A stretch of 11,398 nucleotides of DNA, taken from positions 1-11,398 of the forward strand of contig JAEOTE010000012.1 in NCBI GenBank assembly GCA_016839945.1. Direction: 5' to 3'. Shown here one piece after another: positions 1 through 6,519 of this stretch. Origin of the DNA: Candidatus Heimdallarchaeota archaeon. Its GTDB lineage: Archaea > Asgardarchaeota > Heimdallarchaeia > Heimdallarchaeales > Heimdallarchaeaceae. The notes below the pieces were generated by a model. It saw only the letters and a list, made by a program, of their open reading frames with translations. It made no database searches and was not told the DNA's origin. Each line of letters opens with the position of its first letter. Within the stretch, counting starts at the first letter, position 1. A program made the translations under genes and the position numbers.

Positions 1-2
1 AC

Positions 3-155
3 AGTAAGCTTGTGATTGAAATGTCTGCAGCAATAGGATTGAATGAGGATGGCTATTCAAATGAAGAATTCCACACAGTGCCACATGTTTATTATGAAAG
101 TGCAAAAGGGAATTGGACAGAGTTAATAGATTATGTTCTAAATAACTTAGACTAG
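3..155 (+). CDS. 3' end of a CDS truncated by the window edge (hypothetical protein)
   Basis: Frame 3 is open from the window start to TAG at 153-155: SKLVIEMSAAIGLNEDGYSNEEFHTVPHVYYESAKGNWTELIDYVLNNLD*. Protein-like composition; absent from the ORF track. Confidence 0.7.
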   Translation, partial: SKLVIEMSAAIGLNEDGYSNEEFHTVPHVYYESAKGNWTELIDYVLNNLD

Positions 156-167
156 AAAATCTTAAAA
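155..167 (+). promoter_or_regulatory. Putative BRE/TATA promoter of the GYD gene
   Basis: GAAAATCTTAAAA resembles the other boxes in this window (e.g. AAAAACTTTAAAA at 5797-5809). It would place the transcription start near 190, just before the GGTGA SD at 192-196. Confidence 0.45.
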
Positions 168-201
168 CTGAATAAATATGATTATATTTTTGGTGATTAA
201 T

Positions 202-495
202 ATTCCAGTATTCGTATGTTTAATGAAATTAACAAAACAAGGAATATCCTACATTAAGGACGCTCCAAAGCGTATAGAAAATGCATCAAAGATTTTAGAA
301 TCGATGGGTGGTAAAGTTTTAGCTGCTTATCTTACAATGGGTGAATACGATAAAGTAGTAGTTGTAGAAACACCTAATGATGAAATTGCCATGGCAATGT
401 TAGCTGCTGTAGGTTCTTGGGGAAATGTGAGAACTACAACTCTGAAAGCTTTTACAAAGGATGAATTCGCAAAAATAGTAGAAAATCTTCCATAA
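202..495 (+). CDS. GYD domain-containing protein (probable ATT start at 202; ORF track uses ATG 178)
   Basis: Family-like features: (M)PVFVCLMKLTKQG N-terminus, 'YLTMGEYDKVVVVETPN' G-x-YD motif, and 'GNVRTTTLKAF' C-terminus; about 97 aa. Confidence 0.9.
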   Translation: MPVFVCLMKLTKQGISYIKDAPKRIENASKILESMGGKVLAAYLTMGEYDKVVVVETPNDEIAMAMLAAVGSWGNVRTTTLKAFTKDEFAKIVENLP

Positions 496-507
496 AGAAT
501 AAACAAT

Positions 508-771
508 TTGGAGGGAGTTTTTATTTTTTTAGATCTTGAATTTCTTTACCTTCAAGATTCATTCTATACGCAAGATGAAGTACCAGATTCTGTACAATTA
601 CTATTAGAAGACGGAATTCTTAGATTATCTTGGACTAACTTCGTTCTTCAACCAATAAGTCATACTGAATTGATTATTCAAAGTGGAGCTTTTGAAGGAG
701 AAACAATGTTTAGAGATCCAAACACAGGTTTCCTTTATTGGGGAAGTAGAGTTTTCAAACCTTCCACTTAA
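508..771 (+). CDS. Hypothetical protein or orphan C-terminal domain fragment
   Basis: 87-aa ORF with a TTG start and a T-rich 5' end. The 3' part (VLQPISHTELIIQSGAFEGETMFRDPNTGFLYWGSRVFKP) looks like a real beta-rich domain, reminiscent of C-terminal domains of large serine hydrolases (from recall, unverified). Confidence 0.5.
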   Translation: MEGVFIFLDLEFLYLQDSFYTQDEVPDSVQLLLEDGILRLSWTNFVLQPISHTELIIQSGAFEGETMFRDPNTGFLYWGSRVFKPST

Positions 772-840
772 TTTGTTCTTTTTCCTTTATTCAATATTTT
801 TCTTAGATTTTAAAAACAGAGAGTAACCAATCTTAAGGAC

Positions 841-853
841 GGAACTTTTAAAA
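841..853 (+). promoter_or_regulatory. Putative TATA box for a leaderless GH3 transcript
   Basis: GGAACTTTTAAAA; the TATA begins at 846, 30 nt before the GTG at 876. No SD is visible. Confidence 0.55.
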
Positions 854-875
854 TGCTAAAACTACTACTACAATC

Positions 876-2936
876 GTGATTTCAGAAAACCAAATTGAAG
901 AAAAGGTTGAGGAGTTATTGGAAGAGCTCACATTAGAAGAAAAGTTCAAACTAATGGTTGGGTTCTTTAGATTTCAGACAAACACTATCCCAAGATTAGG
1001 AATTAAAACATTCAAAGTGACCGATGGACCATTAGGAATTTCTCAACATTCTAGCATGCTTAGGAAAAATACTAAATTCCCTGCGGGGATTAACCTAGCT
1101 GCTTCTTGGAATCGAGAATTAGCTTATGAATGTGGGGAAGCTATAGGTAGAGAAGCAAGAGCAATAAACAGATTATGTGTCCTCGGTCCAGGAATCAATA
1201 TTGGTAGAACACCTCTAAATGGAAGAACTTTTGAGTATTATAGCGAAGATCCTCACTTAACTAAAGAGATAGCAATACCATTCGTAAAAGGGATTCAAAG
1301 TCAAAGAGTAGCTGCATGTCCTAAACATTACGTAGCCAATAACCAGGAAACAAACAGACGAACCATCGATGTTCAAATAGATGAAAGAGCATTACAAGAA
1401 ATCTATCTTAGAGCTTTCAATGATACTGTTGAAGAAGCAGATCCATGGACAATAATGAGTTCATACAATTTGATTAATGGTGAGTATGTACATGGAAGCT
1501 ACAAGCTGTTAAAAGAGACATTAATGGACAAGTGGGGATTTAATGGTTTTGTAATGACAGACTGGTGGGCAACACAAAACTGGGGGGTAACACAACCAAC
1601 AACAGAAGAAGCTATTAAAGCTGGTTTAACTCTTGAGATGCCTGTACCTATCCTTTATGATAAAGAAATTCTTCTTGAAAAACTCAATAAAGGGAAATAT
1701 ACTGAAAAAGAGGTTAACAATCTAATTCGAAGATTATTGCGTGTTTACGTTCAGGTAGGGATGTTTGAAAATGAGAAGGATTTACCCATAGGAGAAAGAA
1801 ATTCTAAGAGACATCAGGAATTAGCAAGAAAGATGGCAGAAGAAGGTATTGTTTTGTTAAAGAATGAGAAACAACTTTTACCTCTGAATATTGATGAAAT
1901 TAATACTATCGCTGTCTTAGGCCCTAATGTTAAACGAAAATTTGGAAAAATTCTACTTGGAGGAGCAGCAGCTGTAACTCCACCCTATGAAATCACCCCC
2001 CTTAAAGGATTAAAAGAAAAATGTAAAGAAAAAGTAAGGATAATTAAAGATGCTTCCAAAGCAGACGTTGTTCTTTTATTCATGGGTCTAAATCATGATT
2101 CCAATAAAAAATTAACGTCTGACAAAATAACTAAAGACAAACCCGAATATGGAAAAGAATCTGAAGTTGTAGATAGGACAGAATTTGGGTTACCAACTGC
2201 GCAAGTTGAACTAATAAAGAAAATCTTAGAGATTAATCCAAACACTATTGTTGTATTAAATAATGCCAATCCAATATCTATGGAAGAATGGATTGAAAAT
2301 GCACACACAATCTTAGAAGTCTGGTATCCAGGAATGGAAGGTGGAAGAGCAATTGCTAATGTTCTTTTTGGTGATGTTAATCCTTCTGGCAAATTACCTT
2401 GGACTTTTCCAAAACAATTGAAAGATTCTCCTGCACATAAATCAACTAAAACCTTTCCAGGTGAAAATCTCAAAGTTTTCTACGAAGAGGGGATATATGT
2501 GGGTTATAGATATTTTGAGAAAGAAAACATAGAACCATTATTTCCTTTTGGTTTTGGTTTATCTTATACAACATTTGAAATTACGAATGCTATTTCAGAT
2601 AAAAACAAATTGATCTCAAAAGAAGATTCTCTGACAATTACTACTGAGATTGCCAATATTGGAGAGAGAGCAGGAAATGAAGTAGTTCAAGTCTATTCAG
2701 AAGCTCCAGCTAAAGCAATCGATAGACCTTTGAAAGAATTAGTTGGATTTGAAAAAGTCTTTCTTAAGAAAGGAGAAAAAAAGAGCGTAGAAATTCAAAT
2801 TAAAGCAAAAGATTTAGCTTTTTATGATACTAAGAAAGCTGAATGGAGCATTGAAAAGGGTAAGCACATTCTACATATTGGAAACTCTTCAACTAATATA
2901 TCGGAGAAAATAGAAGTAGATTATAAACAAAAGTAG
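876..2936 (+). CDS. Glycoside hydrolase family 3 beta-glucosidase/beta-xylosidase (GH3-N, GH3-C and FnIII-like domains), cytoplasmic
   Basis: Motifs 'TDGPLG', 'LGPGINIGRTPLNGRTFEYYSEDP', 'CPKHYVANNQE', nucleophile 'GFVMTDW' (Asp codon 1560-1562), 'IVLLKN', 'ESEVVDR', 'WYPGMEGG', 'GYRYF..PLFPFGFGLSYTTF', 'EVVQVY'. No signal peptide and no PA14 insert. Confidence 0.95.
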   Translation: MISENQIEEKVEELLEELTLEEKFKLMVGFFRFQTNTIPRLGIKTFKVTDGPLGISQHSSMLRKNTKFPAGINLAASWNRELAYECGEAIGREARAINRLCVLGPGINIGRTPLNGRTFEYYSEDPHLTKEIAIPFVKGIQSQRVAACPKHYVANNQETNRRTIDVQIDERALQEIYLRAFNDTVEEADPWTIMSSYNLINGEYVHGSYKLLKETLMDKWGFNGFVMTDWWATQNWGVTQPTTEEAIKAGLTLEMPVPILYDKEILLEKLNKGKYTEKEVNNLIRRLLRVYVQVGMFENEKDLPIGERNSKRHQELARKMAEEGIVLLKNEKQLLPLNIDEINTIAVLGPNVKRKFGKILLGGAAAVTPPYEITPLKGLKEKCKEKVRIIKDASKADVVLLFMGLNHDSNKKLTSDKITKDKPEYGKESEVVDRTEFGLPTAQVELIKKILEINPNTIVVLNNANPISMEEWIENAHTILEVWYPGMEGGRAIANVLFGDVNPSGKLPWTFPKQLKDSPAHKSTKTFPGENLKVFYEEGIYVGYRYFEKENIEPLFPFGFGLSYTTFEITNAISDKNKLISKEDSLTITTEIANIGERAGNEVVQVYSEAPAKAIDRPLKELVGFEKVFLKKGEKKSVEIQIKAKDLAFYDTKKAEWSIEKGKHILHIGNSSTNISEKIEVDYKQK

Positions 2937-2951
2937 AATTCCAGTTAAAAC

Positions 2952-3923
2952 TTAATCTATGTCAATTCTGTTTGCTTTTTTTAAAATATAAAGTGAATCT
3001 ATAGTTACCCATTCATTCATTTTTTTATTATTAACACCTTTCCAGTCCGCTGGACTAAAATAACGAGCATTTTGGTTTGATGATTGACAATATTTTGCTT
3101 CCTTTGGAAATCCACCATCCTCCAATCTCTTAGATTCGAGTAAATCCAAAGCTTCTTTACATCTCTTATCCTGAAGCTTATCAGCTTCTCCTAGAACCTT
3201 TAGTGCCATTAAAACATCATAATGCCAATATGGAGGATAATGAAGCATTAACCATTTTTGGTTTATCACATTGCCGTCACTTATTCTTCTATAAAACTTC
3301 CTTTTCAAGAAAAGTTCAGCAGCTTGTTCTACTGCCTTCTGAACTAGTGGATTCTTTTCTACTTCTAAATAGTGAATAAGTGCTCTTAAAGGGATTAAAC
3401 TCTCATGATATGACGAATTTCTAGCTTCAGGTTTTCTATCGCAATTCCACCCCCCATCTTCCCATTGATGATCAACCAATCTCTCAGCTAGAAGTCTACT
3501 TCTATCATCAAAGAAACCTAATGAAATTGCGGAATATAATCCATTACCATCTTGAGAAGCGCAAAAACGTGTTCTTCCAGCAATTACAAGTTTAAGCTTT
3601 CTTCCTAACAACCATTTCATTTCTCTATTAATGCTTTGGACAAGATCGTTATCTCCAGGAGGATAACCAATATCAGCTAGGTGTGACATTATCCAATGAG
3701 CTCCTTGCCATTTTGTATAGACATGAAAGGTTTTGCTGGAATCATCTTTCGGTAAATATGAAAATAGGTTTTTAATTACAGGTGATTTTTTCTTCAAATT
3801 AGTTGTTAACTTCTTAACTTCTGAAGTCTCATAATCATGATTTAAGAGACGCAAATAGGTCTTCAACTTAACTGCTGGTTCATTTGAACCAAGTAGTGCA
3901 TCAATTACAGATTTATTATTCAA
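2952..3923 (-). CDS. Prenyltransferase/squalene-cyclase-like (alpha/alpha toroid) hypothetical protein
   Basis: QW-like motifs 'HQWEDGGWNC' and 'KRLEDGGF', plus 'YTKWQGAHW' and 'HYPPYWHYDVLMAL'. TTG start. No DXDD cyclase motif. Confidence 0.7.
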   Translation of the reverse strand: MNNKSVIDALLGSNEPAVKLKTYLRLLNHDYETSEVKKLTTNLKKKSPVIKNLFSYLPKDDSSKTFHVYTKWQGAHWIMSHLADIGYPPGDNDLVQSINREMKWLLGRKLKLVIAGRTRFCASQDGNGLYSAISLGFFDDRSRLLAERLVDHQWEDGGWNCDRKPEARNSSYHESLIPLRALIHYLEVEKNPLVQKAVEQAAELFLKRKFYRRISDGNVINQKWLMLHYPPYWHYDVLMALKVLGEADKLQDKRCKEALDLLESKRLEDGGFPKEAKYCQSSNQNARYFSPADWKGVNNKKMNEWVTIDSLYILKKANRIDID

Positions 3924-4077
3924 GCTTAACGCCTATTTATATTAAGCTTTCAACAAAAAAAAGTTTTTCATTTTCTGTAACCATTAATAATCTTCAACTA
4001 TAACACTCCTCTCCAATGAAAACAAATTTCTGTTTATATGTAATACAGAGATCAAACACAAAAGACTCAGTTTCTAG

Positions 4078-4095
4078 AAAAAAAAGAAGTAAAGT
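4078..4095 (-). terminator. Putative archaeal oligo-T terminator after the beta-helix gene
   Basis: On the minus strand, ACTTTACTTCTTTTTTTT contains a T8 tract (4085-4078) about 20 nt after the stop at 4107. Confidence 0.45.
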
Positions 4096-4106
4096 TATTT
4101 CTTTCC

Positions 4107-5642
4107 TCATAGATGAGATTTTTTCTTCTTTCTATAGAGTTTACAAAGAATAACTAAAAGAGCAATTGAAGATACAAACATTATCAATTCATATCTTGTT
4201 CTTTCAAGATCTTCATTCAGTGGATAAAGGTCTTTAGATTCAGCATCACCATCGATAGGATAAGGATCCTCACTATCCCACTCATTCCAATAGTTGCCTT
4301 CTTGAATTGTTGCTTCATACCATGTACTATTTGTTCCTGCATCATAGGCTTGGGAAGTACCTCCTAGATTATTGTCTATGAAAATGTTGTGGTGAATAAT
4401 GTTGTTATCAGAATTTGAATCTAAGAAAATCCCATACTCATTGTTGTTACTACAAGTATTATTTGTCAAGGTCGCACCAGAGGAAGATTCCAGTCTGAAA
4501 CCAGCCAAGTTTTTACTGCAAGTATTATCCATTAAAGTCACACCAGATGAACCAAACAGTTCGATACCATAATCATTATTGTTACTACAAGTATTATTTG
4601 TCAAGGTCGCACCAGAGGAAGAAATCAGTCTGATACCAAACCCATTGTTACTACTACAAGTATTATCCGATAATGTCGCACCAGAGGATTGATACTGTTT
4701 AATACCATATTCATTGTTGTTACAAGTATTATTCGTCAAGGTCACACTAGGGCAAATATCCAGTCTGATACCATGAACATTGTTGTAACTACAAGTATTA
4801 TCTGTTAATGTCGCACCAGAGGAATCATACAATCTGATACCATAATCAATGTTGTTACTGCAAGTATTATCCATTAATGTCAAACCAGAGGAAGATTCCA
4901 GTTCGATACCAAACAAATTGTTACTACAATTATTATTTGTCAAGGTCGCACCAGAGGAAGAAGCCAGTTTGATACCATAATTTTTGTTGTTACTAAAAGC
5001 ATTATCCATTAATGTCGCATCAGAGGAAGAAGCCAGTGAGATACCATAATCATTATTGTTACAAGTATTATTCGTCAAGATCAAACCAGAGGAAGATTCC
5101 AGTCTGATACCAGAGGCAAAATACATATGGAGACCAGGAATAGTATTGTTACTACAAGTATTATCCGTCAAGGTCGCACCAGAAGAATAAGACAGGTGGA
5201 TCCCATCATAATCATTGTTTCTAACAATGTTGTTTATGATTGAAGCTGTTCCTTCAGCAATATGTGAAATATAGATACCATTAATTGTTGCATCAATATA
5301 ACAATTCTGAATAACAAAGTGCTTAGTTGTACCATTAATATATATACTTCTTTCACTTGTTGTAGTAATATTGTAATCTTCAATAAGGAATGGAATTTCA
5401 GCAGTTCCTGAACCTAGAAAGCCATAATCTGTGAAATTTCCATCATTAATAATTTCAATAGGTCCATGTGTTGTTAAAGATAAATCTAGTAATTTATGTG
5501 AAGTTGTTGATAAAGCTGAATTTAGCTGATCTTCTTTCTGATTATCTGAACTTAACAGAGTAGTTATTGATTGTGCTTTAATGACCAAAGCAAATAGAAT
5601 TATTCCAAAAACAAATATTCCCAATAATATTCTTTTTCTCAT
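4107..5642 (-). CDS. Secreted, C-terminally membrane-anchored right-handed parallel beta-helix (NosD/CASH-like) surface protein
   Basis: Signal peptide MRKRILLGIFVFGIILFALVIKA; N-cap 'THGPIEIINDGNF..GFLGSGTAEIPFLIEDYNI'; repeated 'GIxLxxSSGATLTNNTCSNN'; C-cap 'GNYWNEW..PYPIDG..DLYPL'; TM helix followed by an RKKKK tail. Confidence 0.92.
   Translation of the reverse strand: MRKRILLGIFVFGIILFALVIKAQSITTLLSSDNQKEDQLNSALSTTSHKLLDLSLTTHGPIEIINDGNFTDYGFLGSGTAEIPFLIEDYNITTTSERSIYINGTTKHFVIQNCYIDATINGIYISHIAEGTASIINNIVRNNDYDGIHLSYSSGATLTDNTCSNNTIPGLHMYFASGIRLESSSGLILTNNTCNNNDYGISLASSSDATLMDNAFSNNKNYGIKLASSSGATLTNNNCSNNLFGIELESSSGLTLMDNTCSNNIDYGIRLYDSSGATLTDNTCSYNNVHGIRLDICPSVTLTNNTCNNNEYGIKQYQSSGATLSDNTCSSNNGFGIRLISSSGATLTNNTCSNNNDYGIELFGSSGVTLMDNTCSKNLAGFRLESSSGATLTNNTCSNNNEYGIFLDSNSDNNIIHHNIFIDNNLGGTSQAYDAGTNSTWYEATIQEGNYWNEWDSEDPYPIDGDAESKDLYPLNEDLERTRYELIMFVSSIALLVILCKLYRKKKKSHL
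4431..5204 (-). repeat. Intragenic tandem array of 11 beta-helix units (mostly 66 or 69 bp)
   Basis: The DNA cores are near-identical: the 44-mer ttgttactacaagtattatttgtcaaggtcgcaccagaggaaga is exact at 4444-4487 and 4579-4622, and matches 43/44 at 4918-4961. Confidence 0.95.
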
Positions 5643-5724
5643 CCGTTTATACTTCCTTTATCGATTTTTTTTAAGAGATAATGTTTATAATTTAGTCCTT
5701 CTATTTTCATTTTAAATCCCATTT

Positions 5725-5752
5725 TATTATTAGTAATAATACTTTATTACTA
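5725..5752. promoter_or_regulatory. Two overlapping AT-rich palindromes in the divergent intergenic region
   Basis: TATTATTA-G-TAATAATA (5725-5741) and TAGTAATAA-tact-TTATTACTA (5731-5752). Confidence 0.4.
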
Positions 5753-5776
5753 CTATATTGTGTTCTTTTTAATATA

Positions 5777-5809
5777 TAAAATTTTTGTATAGATACAAAA
5801 ACTTTAAAA
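5777..5809 (+). promoter_or_regulatory. Inverted repeat (candidate operator) overlapping the BRE/TATA of the AT-hook gene
   Basis: TAAA-A-TTTTTGTAT-AG-ATACAAAAA-C-TTTA (5777-5806), with 13 of 14 arm positions paired. TATA TTTAAAA lies at 5803-5809. Confidence 0.55.
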
Positions 5810-5841
5810 TAAACAGTGAGAGTACTATCATGTGTAATATA

Positions 5842-6465
5842 ATGTCTGAAGTAAAGAGTAAACGTGGAAGACCCAGAAAGTACCCTAAGGAAGACACATA
5901 TGCTAGACAAAAAGCATACTATGAACGTAAAAAGAAGAAAATAAAAGAATTGGAAGAAAAAGTGAAAGCACTTCAAAAAGGCAGAGATTTATCCCCAGCT
6001 CAGAAAAAATTACTTAAAGATCTGGATTTACCAGAGTATGAAACTATTAGTTGGATTAAGATTACACCGAATGAAATAGCTTTAATGGGTATACAAGAGT
6101 TAGAGACAACCATTGAGGATTTTAAGAAAATTGCAGATTATAACGTCCAATTGCGATATTATATTCTCAACCTTATAATAAAAACAATTAGTATAGACTA
6201 TTTACATTCCTCAGATGATTTATCTACAAAAGATCTTTCGAAAATACTGAAAGAAGATGTTAGTAGTATCCTTGATGCAGGATACGAAACAATTCAACAA
6301 CAGATGCTTCTTTATCTTATGGAAGCAGAATTATCAAGCAGAGAAAGATCCTCCACTAGAGAGAAGAAACTAGATATTTTTGAAGCAAAAGTAGAGGAAT
6401 TAGAAAGAGAAGTAAAAGTGAAAGAAAAAGATATTAAGAAGATTGAAAAGCTCACTGAGCAGTAA
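5842..6465 (+). CDS. Putative DNA-binding protein: AT-hook, basic region/short leucine zipper, helical core and C-terminal coiled coil
   Basis: KRGRPRK (5860-5880) is followed by ARQKAYYERKKKKIKELEEKVKALQ; the C-terminus is LDIFEAKVEELEREVKVKEKDIKKIEKL. The start is likely ATG 5842 (or 5830), because the track's TTG 5785 lies upstream of the TATA box. Confidence 0.75.
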   Translation: MSEVKSKRGRPRKYPKEDTYARQKAYYERKKKKIKELEEKVKALQKGRDLSPAQKKLLKDLDLPEYETISWIKITPNEIALMGIQELETTIEDFKKIADYNVQLRYYILNLIIKTISIDYLHSSDDLSTKDLSKILKEDVSSILDAGYETIQQQMLLYLMEAELSSRERSSTREKKLDIFEAKVEELEREVKVKEKDIKKIEKLTEQ

Positions 6466-6519
6466 TATTTCTCCTTTCTGAATAACGTTTAAGAATAGTA
6501 TAGGGAATCCTTATTTTGT

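Noticed and set aside
2093-2473. 126-aa minus-strand ORF
   Set aside because: It is an antisense shadow wholly inside the well-supported GH3 gene and has no recognisable motifs.
4029-4049. Imperfect hairpin TCTGT-TTA...TAA-T-ACAGA
   Set aside because: It is short and bulged, and is expected by chance in AT-rich DNA.
4431-5204. Repeat-plus-variable-segment pattern as a CRISPR array
   Set aside because: The units are in-frame multiples of 3 inside an intact CDS, the repeats are degenerate, the variable parts are homologous to each other, and no cas genes are present.
4431-5204. Diversity-generating retroelement (AAC/AAT-rich repeats)
   Set aside because: There is no reverse transcriptase or non-coding template repeat in the window, the Asn codons are the conserved part, and the differences are not confined to adenines.
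4107-5642. Calling the beta-helix gene nosD (N2O reductase maturation)
   Set aside because: No nos genes are nearby; only the fold is shared.
5707-5976. 89-aa minus-strand ORF
   Set aside because: It is a Phe-rich antisense read of the Lys/Glu-rich AT-hook gene and the AT-rich promoter region.
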